From assembly GCA_025786725.1 (NCBI GenBank), contig JAHLTZ010000021.1:62001-126000 (forward strand): a DNA stretch of 64,000 bases, in the 5' to 3' direction. A program made the position numbers and the translations under genes. A model generated the notes under the pieces. The model was not told the origin of the DNA. It ran no database searches and was given only the letters and a program-made list of their open reading frames with translations. Shown here piece by piece: positions 1-14,273 of this stretch; the stretch's first letter is position 1, and every line of letters begins with the position of its first letter. This stretch comes from Syncephalis fuscata S228. Lineage: Eukaryota; Fungi; Zoopagomycota.

Positions 1-969
1 GTGAACCGGTTCGGTTGTACTTACATATTGATGCTGATTATTTGACGCAAAGCGAGCTACCGTTGGGCCTTCAAGCACGGCAGCGTTATCTGAATAGGCA
101 GATAATACGCCTGATGGATGTAAATTATACGTATTACGAATCATTTGGAACAATGAATAATCCATTGGTTGGTTGTCGATCGTCCATTCAGCACCAAATA
201 TCTTATGACGACAATGTTCTGAATTGACTTGAGCAAACATCATAAGTTCAACATCGGTAGGATTGCGATTAAGTGACTCTGGTTTACTACTAACAAATGC
301 TTCAACCAAATAGTCAATTTCGTCATCAGCCAACGCTAGGCCCCAGTTTTGATTAGCAGTAACTAAGGCTGATTTAGCAGCCACCAAATGCTGTTCATGG
401 CCAAGCATTTCGACGTGCTTGAGCGGACCAGGTTGGCCTTGCAAAAAGATAATGTTCTCTGTAGGCAATACATCGGTTACCGACTCGGTCATACGATCAT
501 GAAGATGGCCACAGATCGCCATATGGGTTGTTTTATCGATGGGATTTGCTTCGATCAAGTAAACGATACCACGTTCAATACGACGAACACAGCTGGAAAG
601 TTTACACAATGAAGCAATTTCAGATGCTTTTGATGACCAAGGAGAGATGGTACCAGGTCGTGGACAGACTGTAATCACTTGGTATCCATTAAGTTGACCA
701 TCACGATCGAGTGGTTTGCCGGCGATAAACGATTCAAGACAGGTACGCGCCGGGTCGACAGTCGTGTTGTCCCAGGCTGGTCCATAGGAAAGCAGTTCTT
801 TTAGAATACCTAGCTGCTCCTCGTTTAGTGCATCAACGCTCAAGTCAACGAAATGCACGTAGTAGGCCGCGGCAACATTTTTAACTGTAGGAATCGCATC
901 GCGTAACTTGTGGGCCAACAAGTTGCGACGAAACTCGGAAAGAGCAGGACTACCAGGAAGAACAAGCAT
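1..969 (-). CDS. ADE6: Phosphoribosylformylglycinamidine synthase (FGAM synthase, PurL), 5' part; runs off window start
   Basis: Manual translation from ATG at 969: [15 protein letters not shown]...[17 protein letters not shown]...RRIERG...LHDRMTE...[24 protein letters not shown]...[10 protein letters not shown], all hallmark PurL motifs; no intron in this stretch; not in the ORF track because the stop is outside the window. Confidence 0.97.
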   Translation of the reverse strand, partial: MLVLPGSPALSEFRRNLLAHKLRDAIPTVKNVAAAYYVHFVDLSVDALNEEQLGILKELLSYGPAWDNTTVDPARTCLESFIAGKPLDRDGQLNGYQVITVCPRPGTISPWSSKASEIASLCKLSSCVRRIERGIVYLIEANPIDKTTHMAICGHLHDRMTESVTDVLPTENIIFLQGQPGPLKHVEMLGHEQHLVAAKSALVTANQNWGLALADDEIDYLVEAFVSSKPESLNRNPTDVELMMFAQVNSEHCRHKIFGAEWTIDNQPMDYSLFQMIRNTYNLHPSGVLSAYSDNAAVLEGPTVARFASNNQHQYVSTTEPVH

Positions 970-1607
970 GTTTTTATAATTACACGCACGTATACACACT
1001 TGGCCGCTATACAGGTAGGATAGTGTGGTAGAGCTACGTTTAGGTGGCAGTCTCGTTACAAATGCAGTAAAGTGGAACTAGAAACACATCCACTTGAACA
1101 AGTAGAAAAAAAATTCTGGTTATCTGATAGTAGATCCGATCGAGTTGATCTGAATTGATTTAGTTTATAAAGCATTGGCTTGCCTGATTGAAACTCAAAC
1201 AGCGGTTTATCATTTGGTTTTCGCTTTACTTATTCTCGCCAATATATACATCGTGAACTGTAAGGCTCTCTACTACTAATATATGTATTGTTTTTGTAGC
1301 TTATGTAGCCAGTTTGGCTATTGTAAACGTTGTGCCATTTTAATTTGCTGTGATATTAAAATAGCAATCAATTAATCCATTGTTCTTTATCCAAGTTTTT
1401 AACTTTTAGTAGCTGCAGCCCCACCAAACTCCGCAAGTCTTATAAACATCGCGAAACTTTGAAATTATAATATTAAACTGTAGTGTAATAATTGGAGTAA
1501 AAATCTAATTATACATTAAATTATCAGTTTTTTAAAGATAATACAAAATAGCTAAATGGCATATTTTTTAGTTATTAAACTATTATTTACTATATTAACA
1601 TAGAGAT

Positions 1608-2183
1608 TTATTCAAATACCAACGAAATGACTAACAAACTAATAATCGAATAAGCCAACAACGTATTGGATAAGCCAATTGCCGCTGCATTTGATGTTTT
1701 TTGATTTATTTTAAAAGCACTATCATTACCAAATCTATACTTGACATCGACAAAGGCCGACTCTGTAGTATTGGTATTATCCAGTACAAGACAATATTCT
1801 GTATTGGGTGACATAAGAGCGACAGGTGCCTTGACACCAATATTGCACGATGTATGACGAGTCGTGTTGGAAGTATCGTTTGAAACAGGACACGAGTTAT
1901 TAGCATCGTAAGTTGTGTTAAATGGTATTGATGGCGACGAAGGCGAGCTACTACGCTTAACCTTATCTTTATCGCGAACATAAGCCGACTTTTCAGTTAA
2001 CAAAATACTGCGTAACGAGCCTTTGTCAACCACTACAAAATAAGTTGCATAGGATACGGTTCCGTTACTGCATACGGCAGCCACTTGCCAGGGCAAAATC
2101 TCTAAAAGTTCTTGTTCGGCCCATACCGTAGTCATTAATAGCAGACTGATGACGGTCACCGACAATAAAGGAAATAGCTGCAT
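1608..2183 (-). CDS. Secreted, probably GPI-anchored Cys-containing surface protein of unknown family (~191 aa)
   Basis: First ATG at 2183 (MQLFPLLSVTVISLLLMTTVWA, signal peptide); 4 Cys, several N-x-S/T sequons; C-terminal SNAAA followed by a hydrophobic tail; intronless. Confidence 0.7.
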   Translation of the reverse strand: MQLFPLLSVTVISLLLMTTVWAEQELLEILPWQVAAVCSNGTVSYATYFVVVDKGSLRSILLTEKSAYVRDKDKVKRSSSPSSPSIPFNTTYDANNSCPVSNDTSNTTRHTSCNIGVKAPVALMSPNTEYCLVLDNTNTTESAFVDVKYRFGNDSAFKINQKTSNAAAIGLSNTLLAYSIISLLVISLVFE

Positions 2184-2543
2184 AGTGCTATTTATATTAA
2201 ACAATTGATACTAAGTCAAATACACACAAGAATAAAGCGAAAACAATAGCAACAATAAATAAAAGGTAAGATGATGGCTATAATAGAATGAAATGTGCAA
2301 ACAACACTACATAGGCGTGCAAAGGCGGATAGGCTGTAACTATACAGAGATAAACCAGCCAGTTTATTAGAGCATTTTAAGACAATAACATGAGCATTAT
2401 AAAATACATATTCTTTATAAAGAGTTTAGCCGTTTATGGTAAATAATTCATTTATATACATACGTATAAACATTAAATTATCAAACAATGCTTTCGATTT
2501 ATTCAATCTTTAATCGATGGGTCTTTATATCTAATAAATTGTC

Positions 2544-3746
2544 TTATATTCGTGTATCTGATCTTCTTTCAACTACTGCATTTCGCTTTACGACAAGCTC
2601 GTGCAAGTTATGAATAGCCTTGGTCAACGTGCTTAGATGCGCCACTAATAGCGCATCTTCGCTTTCCTTGTTATATTCCTTGTTCCAACTATCCCCTAAT
2701 TGAACAATAGGCATTTGTTGGCATAAACCAGCTATTTCGCGTAAAAAGTGCGTATCTTCTTCCAATTCTCCTTTTTGCACTGCTTTAACGTAATCACGTA
2801 GTAAACCAACACGATCACGTAACATCTGTACCGCGCCACGTTGATTTGTTAATTGCGATATTACTAAATACGTCATTAATAGTGCTATTATTTATATCTA
2901 ATAGCTACTTACATGCCGATTCTTGTTCGCCTGGTATAGCATTGCCTTGAGTACCAAGCTTGGCTACATGATCCACTGCTATACGCTCAGCCTCTCCTGT
3001 CTCAAGTGTATATGGCATCATACAGAATTGCGTAATCCATTCTCCATTTGCTTGCATCTCCGTTTCCGTGTCATATATGGTAGCCGGCAATGTACCAGTT
3101 GTCAAATTTACTTTCTTTGGATCTAATCGAAGATAAAGAGGGTTTTCATTGTACTCTTGCATCTGTCATCTTGTTAACTTGATGCCACCATTAGTTGACA
3201 TAATAGCTTACTCGTTGATGGATGTCCAAATCTTGGCTGCTTAACTCGTCGGTTGCCACCAAATACCATCCAAGTACATCAAAGTCAGGAAACACTTGCT
3301 TCACTAATAGCAAATAGTTAAGTTTATAATAGCCATATCTATAACCACTTACTCTGTTCAGCCTTTGTCAAATAGTATTCAGAATCAATGGTTTGTTTTC
3401 CCTCACTATTCTTGATACACAACAGCTCGTATGTAGTGTGAATACTGATTTCACGACCATTCTGCGTGCCATACAATGCACCGATAACTATATACAATAG
3501 TAAACTACTATTTACAGGCTCAACTAGCCATCAACCTACCTAATCGGTCTTTATTGGTATACTGCATTTGTGTCCGTGTATAGTGGTCACTCATATTTAG
3601 CAAAGCAAGCGGATGTCTATCGCTTCAGTCAGTATACAATCATTCATTTTGGCGGTCACTTGCAAGGTCACTTGCAGTCCCGAGCTGCTTAGATTGCTCG
3701 ATAGCAACGATGTGTTGGTATCAACATCCATTCGAGAAGCCTCCAT
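2544..3746 (-). CDS. CSN6: COP9 signalosome subunit 6 (MPN domain), multi-exon
   Basis: Spliced LQVTL-HPLALLNMSDHYTR, GALYGTQNGREISIH, QVFPDFDVLGWY, ENPLYLRLDP, YTLETGEAERIAVDHVA, AVQMLRDRV; first intron (3617-3663) is GC-AG. Confidence 0.93.
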
Positions 3747-3818
3747 GATGAGAATCTGTAGACAATAGGAAAAAGTGGTATGACGTAGCAGGTTCAAAGG
3801 CAAAAAAAAACTGTTTAT

Positions 3819-4426
3819 TTATTGTAATATTGACAAGTTAATAATGATATCAACTACGGGGCAGATACTGGATTAAGGTTATAGGAACCAGTACGGCGAC
3901 CATCACCACCTTCAAGCTTCTCCAATCGTTGTACTTTTCGTGTAGACCTTCTCGTGCTTCCTTTATAGCTTGATCTAATTGTACTTGATCTAAAGCGTTT
4001 ATTATTAGCTAATAGGCTATCTATCTATCTATCTATCTATCTACCTTGTTTATCATATCTGTTGCATTTCGCTTTGGTAAACGTACAAAGAGATCACCTA
4101 GATTCAGCCATACTTTTTTATCTATGTATAATGTATCTATTAGTTGGTTTCATAGACCAATAGTTTCATTAATAGTCACCTTTACTTTCTTGCATACGAT
4201 TTAGAGCAACGCGATTGTCATTACGCCGACGATCATAGTCAACCAACTATTTTATAGTGTTAGCAATAATAGGCATACTATTCCATTCCAAATACTTACC
4301 AAGTGTTTCTCCAATAGCAACTCTTCAGCAAGTTGCTCAATCTTTTGCATATCTAAACGTTAGTATTACTGGTTATTATACTGTTCATTATAAGTAGTCA
4401 TGCAACTAACGTTCAAGTGTATCCAT
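3819..4426 (-). CDS. PDRG1: p53 and DNA damage-regulated protein 1 (prefoldin-like), multi-exon; one apparent -1 indel at ~3935
   Basis: MDTLEHMQKIEQLAEELLLEKHLLVDYDRRRNDNRVALNR..KVWLNLGDLFVRLP..DQVQLDQAIKEAREGL; adding one A restores EKVQRLEKLEG..SYNLNPV, resembling the PDRG1 C-terminus (stop 3819). Confidence 0.85.
4017..4040. repeat. (CTAT)6 microsatellite in a PDRG1 intron
   Basis: Directly visible. Confidence 0.9.
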
Positions 4427-4505
4427 TGATAAGAATAAAAATAAGAAATGTTACGTTGTTGCAAATATCAAACTTTTCATTATTTATCTTTTTTTACTCG
4501 TTATT
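4427..4505. promoter_or_regulatory. Very short divergent promoter between PDRG1 and CCDC43
   Basis: 79 bp between the two divergent ATGs (4426 minus, 4506 plus). Confidence 0.65.
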
Positions 4506-5466
4506 ATGGATGCTTTTGTTGCTCAGCAATTGGCACTTATCTCGATTGATGACGAGGTTAGTCATTTATACAAGTAATTTACTAGGAATATCAATAGCTT
4601 TATTTTCATACAGGCAGTGTGTGAGTATGTTGCTCGTCTAGTTGAAGACGGTGATATCGAGGAAGAGGAACGACGAGAAGTAGTAAGCGAATTCCTTAGT
4701 GCAAGCACGGTAAGAGACTATCTACACTCCTTGTATGAATAGAGCTGTATTTTATATTAATATAATACTATATAATATAGGAAGAGCCTGTTGAGGCTGT
4801 TGTTGAGGCCCTGTTTGCTGAATGGCGTCAGCGTATTGCAAAGGTGGATGAACAAGCTGATGCTGCACGCCAACAAGCATTTCTAGAAGCACGCGGTAAC
4901 TATTTAGTAATTAAAGCAATTATATTTATTACTAATAAATTCAATAGAACGTGAAAAGAAAGAGTTAGCTATGGATAAACAGGAAAAGCAGAACACTGAT
5001 AGTAATAACGGTAATACAAAAACCAACCACCACTATCCCACAGGAGAAAACACATGAAGAACGCGTACGTCGTAACCAAACACTTGCTCGTTATGGATAT
5101 GGCGAAGAGTTGATTGAACAAATTGACGATGAAGATGAAGCAACCGCAAAAGCTGCAGCAGTAACAGCCGCCATGCTTCAAAGTGGTAAACGTTCTAAAA
5201 AACAATCCCGTGGAGCCAATGCAGCAGGTAAACAGCAATTGTTAATATATACTAATGGCTGTTATTAATAATACTATAGATATAATGGCCCTAATATAAA
5301 TCGAGCGATTATTGAACAAACCGAACGCGTTCAACGAGAAACACTACGACAGAATCATCAGAAAAAGGTTGAACGTGATCGTGATCAATTAGAAAAGCAG
5401 AAATTAAATAAAGAAACCGATAAAAAGAAGAAACAAACGCAAAAGCAAGAGAAACGTCGTATGTAA
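4506..5466 (+). CDS. CCDC43: Coiled-coil domain-containing protein 43 homologue, 5 exons; apparent homopolymer indels at ~5020 and ~5290
   Basis: MDAFVAQQLALISIDDE-AVCEYVARLVEDGDIEEEERREVVSEFLSAST, ERVRRNQTLARYGY, C-terminal KKKKQTQKQEKRRM*; GT-AG introns. Confidence 0.8.
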
Positions 5467-5585
5467 TACGTATTTACGTATAATTTATATAAAATAAAAA
5501 AGTTATTTTATTACTTAATCATGAATAAGAATACAGCAACCGCATCCATAATATTCTATCATTATTTATGCTTTACCCATCATTA

Positions 5586-8500
5586 TTAATAGGGAAAAGC
5601 TGATAGATCAATATTTGCTGGTACATTGTCATCATCTGCCTCTTCTTCTTCCTCCTCTTCTTCTTCGATATCACCTTCTTCACCGTCTTTATGCGTATTT
5701 GCTGATGGTTCGTCATTAGAGGTAGCTATCTCCTTATTTGAGTCTACCACTTTTGGTTCACTTTTATGAGATGACCGTTTAAATAAACGACCCAGTCGTC
5801 GAGACTTGCCTACGCCATAATTACTATAGCTATTCTCCTTATTCTCTTCGTCATCATCATCGGCATCGTTAGCAGCATCACCACCAACAGCAGCAGCATC
5901 ATCAGTATCAGACCAAGAAGGTGCAGTTAATTGTTGTTGGTTATCATTTATATTATGATAAGTATAATCATTTGGTAAATGATTAGGCAATAGTTGTTCG
6001 TTTAATTGATGTTGAATTGCATTGGCCGTTGTGGCTACTGCATCACTTAATGGCTTATGTTCATCGTGCTCATGTGATGACGTAGTAGTATTGGCTATTG
6101 GCCCTGTCTTTTCTTCTTCACGAACTTGTTTCCGACTACGCATACGTACTAGACTGCCAATAACGCTTAATCGAGAACTACTACTGCTACGTTTAGGAGT
6201 AGGATTAGCTGTAGAATTGGCGGTATTAGTCGTGGTTGCTGGTAGCGATACTGGCTTGTCATCCAAATTAGTAACGGGTTCTTCTTTGTTGCCTATAACA
6301 GCAGCCGCACTAGAAGTTGAACCTGGTGGTTTATTCAATACAGCCGGTGCTGATGCTGGTGGTTTGACGGATGGTACCTCGATATCTGGTAATGGTGTCT
6401 TCCAGAAATTATAATCGTTATATTCATCTTCTAATTTGGTGGTGACAGGTGGAAAGATTTGATCTACAATATCGTTCAACGATACATATCTAATAACGAT
6501 AGGTGTTAATGATCAATATACATAATTGATCTAATACATACGATGATCGGAATCCCGGTAATAGTTCTCGCCTTACATCTCCATTATAATCGATAGTAAA
6601 GATACGTGATGTTGGTACATCCACACTACGATACGATAAAGCATCAGTAATACGATTACCGAAACCGGAATAGAATGGATTCTCATCATTAAATAGACGT
6701 TTAATGTCACGTAAACAAGCCATTTTAAATACTTCTGGTTTACGTAAAATGACTTCTCTATTTAATATATAGTATATTAATATATTTATAATATTATTAG
6801 ATAATGATGATTTTACCTGTGGAATGAAGTAAATAGTCGATCTGGTGACATAACTACTGGTCCATCTGGCAATTGATACTGTCCTTGCTCAACACTACGT
6901 AAATAGTCACGAGTAGAATCAGCCTATAAAACAATGATAACAACATTATTAATTTATTCATTCATTATATCTATCTATCTATTGATATATAACTTACTTG
7001 ACCAATGGCTCTTGAAGTAAGATACATAATACGATATCCATTGCGAACAATATCTGTATATAACTTGGCCACACCAGGATGAGTCCAATCCTTACCCACC
7101 ATAGTGAATAGATGACCCAATGCATCGGATCTATTAAGAATAGAATTAATCTACTATTGACCAATTGATATCTATAAACTTACTTGGTAATAGTGCCATC
7201 AATATCCGAGACAATTAGTTTAATATTATGTTTCCAAAAGAATATCTTGGCCGAACATTCAGCATTGCCTGTAGCCACTTTAAATGCAATGGTATTAGAT
7301 CCAGATTTCAAATTGAGTTGGGTCTAGTGATTATTATTATTATTATTATTAGAATGAATATACATATAATAGCTAGCTATTTACCAATTGTTCTGAAGTA
7401 AGACGTAACGTTTTAGCATAAGACATTGGATGTCGTCTCTAATAAATGAATAAATAAAGTAAATATTATTATTATTATTAAATAGTCATATCATTTACCT
7501 GAATACGTCGACTAGGCATAGGATGGGCCATTCTTGTATTATTGTCATCTTGAAATACGGTTGAAGACGATGCTGCTGGCGGTGGCGATGTTGTTCTACT
7601 CCACCAAGTCCTCCAACCACCTGAACCTTCTTGTGGCTGTTTTCTTTGTTGTTGTTGTTGTTCCTGATCCTGTTCATAGAAAGTAGGAGGCAATAATTTA
7701 CTATTGGCAAATGCTGTAATAGTCTCTTCAGGTAATGCCCGTTGAAATACTAATAATGACATAATAACAGGTGCAGCAGTCATCCAACTATAATAACTAC
7801 AATTTATATAATAATATTATATTAGTCAATTAATATATATATATATATATATATAGTGTATTAATGTTACTTACCGTTCATTATAACGCACAACCATACG
7901 ATGATCATAGAGTAGTGTTGGATGTTCGCGGAATGTATCATAATCAATAGCATGATGATTAAATAATCGTTCATTATTTAGCTAAACCAATATGTTAATA
8001 CATATATCAATACATATATATATATATATCATAAATGAATAACTTACTTCATCTTCATTCAGTTCACCAAGTCCACATAATGATAGTTCAAATGTATGTT
8101 GTACGCCATCCACTGTAAATGAATGAGGTGTACGTGTCACCGTTTTAGATGAATATTCAGTAGGTTCATCGGCCCATTCATCATTTCCAGTCTTTTCCGG
8201 TAATTGGCCCCAACTCCAACGCCATTGATCTTCAGATTCAATACCACGATCATGATACTAATAGGTAAATATTAATATTAATATTAACATTGATATTATA
8301 ATTATAGATAACTTGCCTCAATTTCGGTATCGCTTAATGGACTGGTGGATCGTTGAAAGGGTGGCATCCTATTAAATTAATGTCAATATTAATATTATAG
8401 TTTATATGATTAATATTTACATTTTATGGTTCTGTAACTCATGTAATTCTACTTCCGTATCTGAAGTGGGTTCCCGTAATCGATCATCTATTGAATTACA

Positions 8501-9829
8501 TATAAGTTGAATCCTACCTATTCTATCGATTACTTACTTGTATCTCCACCTTTTAGATTAACATTAGGTAAGGGGCGGAAATGTGACTGAGCTGACTTTT
8601 CTGCCGCCACTTCATCAAATACATCTGACTGTTGTGTAATACCTGTACTGTTTGATTGACGTCGTTCTCTTAATTGTCTATCAAATTCACCGCCTTGTTC
8701 TAGTACACGAGGTGATCGATATGGCTCATACATAGTGAATGCATGTCGTGGATTTTGATGTGGCATGGGCCATTCTCGTTTTTTTTCTTCTTTGTTATGA
8801 TAGCCCTTCGTATCTAATATAATCTCGCCATCTATTTAATTATAGAAATTATTGATAATTAGTAACTGTACTATTATAGACAGCTGTTACTTGCCTGTAG
8901 TATGTAGATGCGGATCAGGTGTAGTAGATTTGGCATCTACATCAATAGTTACTAATTACCAAATGTTAATAAATGGATATTTATAATATTTAAATTACTT
9001 ACAATGATCATTTTTGTTGCTATCAAGTGTTAATGGCTCAGTTATGGTTGGATCATTTATCTATTATTTATATCAATATAATTAGTTTCTATTATAATAT
9101 AGTTATTTACCAATGAATCAGATGCGGTATCTTCTATATTTGAAGGCAAATTAATTCTTAATTCTGTTTCTTTTGTGCCGCCCACAAATAATCCACTCGG
9201 TTTCGTGGTAAATGTTGTCATCACTGCGGTATTAAGCGGTGACATTATCGTTTCCAAATCAGATTCTTGAGCACTATGAGCACTGACATAGCCATCTAAT
9301 CATATTATTAATATATATATATATAATATAGGGATGTCTATTTATCTATTACCTTGATCGTCATCATCGTCATATTCGTAACCTTGTTCACCGTGTGGTT
9401 CATCAAATCGATAGCCACCATCAGCCTCTAGATCAAGAAAGTCGGGTTCATCATCCATGGTCATGGGACGAGCAATAGGCGATGTTGTATACTCGGCTGG
9501 TACAGGCATCTATGAATGTCGACATTATTACCATCTCAATGTTAATTATAGATATGACTTACATCAGAAGCAACGACAAAAAATGCTTCTCCTTGATCGC
9601 CCAGCTTCATTTGAAAATCGGTTAGTTCTCCATTGACCCGTACTTCCACCACTTTATCTTGCGGTCGAAGAAGACGCAGCTTGCCGAACCGTACATGGAA
9701 TGGCGTGCATGACAATTCGCCATTAGGCTGTTCTACTACAATAACATCGATAGCACCCGATAACGTGGCCGGATTAAGGTCCTTGTAGAATTCAGTTACT
9801 GAAGATAATGCACGCGTTACGAAGTTCAT
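5586..9829 (-). CDS. PAH1: Lipin / phosphatidate phosphatase (Pah1/Ned1), ~15 introns
   Basis: N-LIP domain NPATLSGAIDVIVVEQPNGELSCTPFHVRFGKL; catalytic SDIDGTITK near 7185-7210; LGHLFTMVGKDWTHPGVAKLY; FYSGFGNRITDALSY; EYNDYNFWKTPLP. Confidence 0.96.
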
Positions 9830-10440
9830 GATGCGCTATTAACAACAGTGGCAGTAGAGATAAAGGTTCAGACCAAGTAATAAACAAGGTCGTTACACGA
9901 GAGTTCTACACTCCAGTAATAACAATAATAGGAATACTAATACTGAATGACTATGACTGTCACCAGCACGATAGATAAGCTGACAGACTAACTGACAGGT
10001 AGGTAGACAGATAGGTAGATAGACTGACAGATAGACCGACCAACTAACGAGTTGGTTAAAAGTAGTTAGTAGATATCGTTATTGCCTAGTTATCACAAAT
10101 AAAGAAAGAAAGATAGACCACAAATTGATTTTACGCTTTCTCCTTCACCTATTAATGTAGAAACAACAAGTCAATGACACATATCAACGACGGCTAACCT
10201 GACTGCCGAAGTCACCTTTTGTGTGTGTGATGTTTGAGTGAGTGAGTGAGTAATTAGTTGAATATTAATTGGTGAATATTAATAGAACACGTGAGAGTCG
10301 TCATTAGTGGTCTGGTCAGATGTTGAATTCAATATACATCAATGTCTACGTTCACTCCTTCTATTTTTATATTCTATCTATCACTATTTATTATTATTGT
10401 TATTATTATAAGTATTATAAGTATTGATAGTTATTCTATA

Positions 10441-13351
10441 ATGCAATTCCTATTAAAATATGCTTTTATTCGATCGAAAGACAATAGTCTTGATGGAGGG
10501 TCGTTTATTGTAAAAGGGCGTCTATTTCTATGGAATTTATTTTGTTGGAGTGTTGTAGGATTATGGACAGTTAGACTAGAGCATTTAAGTGCTAGTGCTA
10601 AAGTAAATCGCATTAAAACATCTTCTATGACTGCTCAGCGTCAAAATGATTTAAAGTAAGCATGGAAATATAGCGTGTTTAAGTAGCTAATTCATTAGTA
10701 ATAGGCTTGAAGTACGCGTAGGTTATACTGGTATAATTGTCATTGTATAAGTCTAAACTTAATAATATCATAGGAAATGTTTTATTTTGCATTCGATAAA
10801 TATATGACGCATGCGTTTCCGTTAGATGAAGTAAATTGATATTAGTATTTAAATTCTAATGACTTATTGATTATAGTTGAAACCATTAAATTGTACAGGA
10901 AGAGGGAGGGATTATGTTAAATGGTAAGTGTACTATTTAAATAGCTAAATATCAATTAATACGTAATAATATGTACTGTATCATACTTGTAGGGATAATC
11001 ACGATAATGACGTATTAGGCGATTATTCATTAACTTTAATTGACACTTTGGATACATTAGTGGTAAATATTAATTACGTAATTTATTAATAGTACTTTAA
11101 TTAACATACATATATATTATCTAGGTATTGAAAGATAAAGCATCCTTTTCACAAGCCATTCGTATGGTCATTGAACACGTTTCATTTAATCGTGATAATC
11201 GAATTCAATTATTTGAAACAACCATTCGTGTATTGGGTGGACTAGTAAGTTACGATCTACCTAACCGGTTAGAGTAATACTAATAGATGCTAATAGTTAT
11301 CGGCCCATTTACTGGCTACTGATAAGCGATTTGGTTTTGATCTTGATTGGTATAATGATGAGTTATTGAATATGGCTCATGATTTGGGTGTACGTTTAAT
11401 GCCGGCTTTTACTGAATCGCCTACGGGAATTCCCTATGCGCGAGTAAGTATATTTATAGAGTTGGTGAATGATAGAGTGTTTTAATGGTCATTAATAAAT
11501 GATAGGTTAATTTAAAATATGGTGTACCCCCAAATGAACTCACGGATACATGTCCAGCTGGTGCAGGCACGCTTATTTTAGAATTTGGTATGCTTTCTCG
11601 ATTGACGGGTGATCCACAATTTGAGGTAAATAATAGTGACTAGTATAACTAGTTAGATAATTAGTTAGATAACATTATAACGATTAAATAAATAGCAAGC
11701 GGCTCATCGTGCTCTTGAAGGATTGTGGTCACGTCGATCAAAGCTTGGTCTTGTAGGAAGTGTGTTGGATGTAATCACGGGTACTGTAGGTAGTGAAGTG
11801 CTTGTAATACTAATGCTAATACTATTGAAATAACGATTTAGTGGATAAATCGTATATTTACAGTTGGAGCGGGTGTCGATTCGTATATTGAATACTTGCT
11901 AAAAGCCGAAATCTTATTTGATGAACCGTTATATGGACAAATGTTTGAGGACATTTATCGATCAGTTATGTTGAATTCCCGCGACACTCAAGGCTATCTC
12001 TATTTATGGATTGATATGCATACACAGAATTTGCGTACCCAGTTTATTGACAGTCTAGGGGCGTTTTTTCCTGGTTTACAGGTAATGCTGAATACAATAT
12101 CTATATGAAAGCTTACACTCTTTATATATATATGTACAGGTACTTGATGGAGATGTTGATAATGCTATACGAGGTCATCTGGTATATTACGAGATATGGA
12201 AAAAATATGGACTATTACCAGAACGCTATAGCTTCCAAGAACGCAAGCCAGCTATGGAGCAATATCCATTGCGCCCAGAATTTGTTGAATCAACGTATTT
12301 CTTATACCGAGTAAGTGGTTTTATAATGTTAAAATGTTTGACCATTCACTGTTGATTAATGACGTTTTTAATAGGCCACTAAGAATCCATTTTATTTAGA
12401 GGTTGGCGAGATGATTGTTAAAAGCTTGCAAGCTTATGCTCGTGTCGACTGTGGATTTACTACCGTAGAAAATGTTATAACTAAACAAAAGGCAAATCGA
12501 ATGGAAAGTTTCTTTCTTAGTGAAACTTTAAAGTATCTTTATTTGCTATTTGATGAAGGTATTTGCATACACACATATGAATCTTTTCGTATCAATGGTG
12601 ACTAATGACATACTAATTAGATAATATTATTAATCATAGTGATGTTAATTTTGTATTTACCACTGGTAAGTAATATAAATACACTGCACTTTTATTGATT
12701 GATTAATTACTGATATAAATGGTCGATTGACTGATAGAGGCACATATTTTCCCTATTCCTCACAAGCATAATGCTAGTCTATATCGACGACCTCGTTCAA
12801 GTCGACCGCATTATCAACAGCCTCGATTGACCGAACTTTATTCTAGTGTATCATTACCACGTACTAAAGTCTGTCCTGTATATCCACCGCGGAATGAAAT
12901 AGTTAGAAACTATCGATATCGTCAGGATCTTGATTGGATTCGTGCAGTGATTGGTGGGCCATTGAAGCGTGTATCCGGAGAGGGCCAATGCACTATGCCA
13001 CATGCCTTGGGACCTTGGGAATTGGAACGAGACACGAACGATAATTTATTAGCTTCAAAAGCGATAAAATCATCAAATAAAGATACATCGGATACTATAG
13101 CCAATTATCATAACTCAACGATAACTAAAAAGCCAGAAGAAAGATATCAAAAGCAGTTATCAGCAAAACAACGACGTTTATACGCTACATGGATTCGTTC
13201 AAATACCATGGCCTATTCGCAACTAATGGCTGCTTACCAAAATGCCGATGCACGTCTTGTATGTATTCCTGCTATTAGCGTACTTTACTCGCCCCACCAG
13301 CTTATATCGAAGCGACATCATCGCCCGATAACTGGTAAGATATCAAAATGA
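10441..13351 (+). CDS. MNL1: GH47 ER degradation-enhancing alpha-1,2-mannosidase-like protein (EDEM/Htm1/Mnl1 type), ~12 introns including a 13-nt microexon (10705-10717)
   Basis: [53 protein letters not shown]-like [57 protein letters not shown]; start could alternatively be 10342. Confidence 0.9.
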
Positions 13352-13483
13352 TTATACTAATATATAATAAAAGCATTTATTTCATTAATTACTAGGTGCA
13401 ATTTAATGTAACCATTTTACACAAATGATCACAGTGTCAAATCATCAAGTAATTAATGTCCTATTTTTGTATACTATGATTAT

Positions 13484-14273
13484 TTAATATTGAACCATTG
13501 AGTAAACGGGAGCATCCAATTGTTTGGCACCCTCAAGGAATGCTAGTTCAATAATAAACAGGAATGAATGGATATGGCCACCGGATTTCTTGACCAATTC
13601 TCCAGCAGCGGACGCGCTTCCGCCTAAATATTAATTGATAAAAGTTTTTAAGCTATTATTTATTTATACTACTCACCAGTGGCAATAAGATCGTCGATTA
13701 CAATTACATTTTGACCGGGTTGAATAGCATCATCTTGCATTTCAAATATATCCTAATAGCATAATATTTGACATAAATATATAAAGATGTATAATTGCTA
13801 CACTTACAACGCCATATTCTTTGGTATATTCCGCACTAAAACAAGTGCCTGGTAATTTGCCTCGCTTGCGCACTGGAACAAACGCCGCGCCCAATTGACA
13901 AGCAAGCATGGGTCCTAATAAAAATCCACGTGCATCCAATCCTAATAATGACGCAATCAATTAATACCTGCGCTTCGATAATCTATATTAGGCTGGGCAA
14001 ACCACTTACCAACGACCATGTCAATCTTTGAAAGATTATTTTTGCAATAGCGTTCAAAATGACCAATCAATAGCTTGACAGCCTCGGGATCCTTAAAGAT
14101 AGGGAAAATATCTTGAAAGAGAATTCCCTATTGCCGAGTTGAGTCATAGTTGGAATAAAACTTTAATAAATTCTTTAACAACAGCCTACCTTTTGAGGAA
14201 AGTCAGGGAATGGACGAAGCATTCCCTTGATTTTCTCCACTTCCTGTTCGTGTTGCTGTTGTTGAGCGGTCAT
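13484..14273 (-). CDS. APT1: Adenine phosphoribosyltransferase, 5 exons
   Basis: [47 protein letters not shown]-binding [13 protein letters not shown]. Confidence 0.96.

Noticed and set aside
9975-10050. AGAC/AGAT/TAAC tetranucleotide-like runs upstream of PAH1
   Set aside because: Degenerate simple-sequence DNA, similar to other low-complexity UTRs in the window
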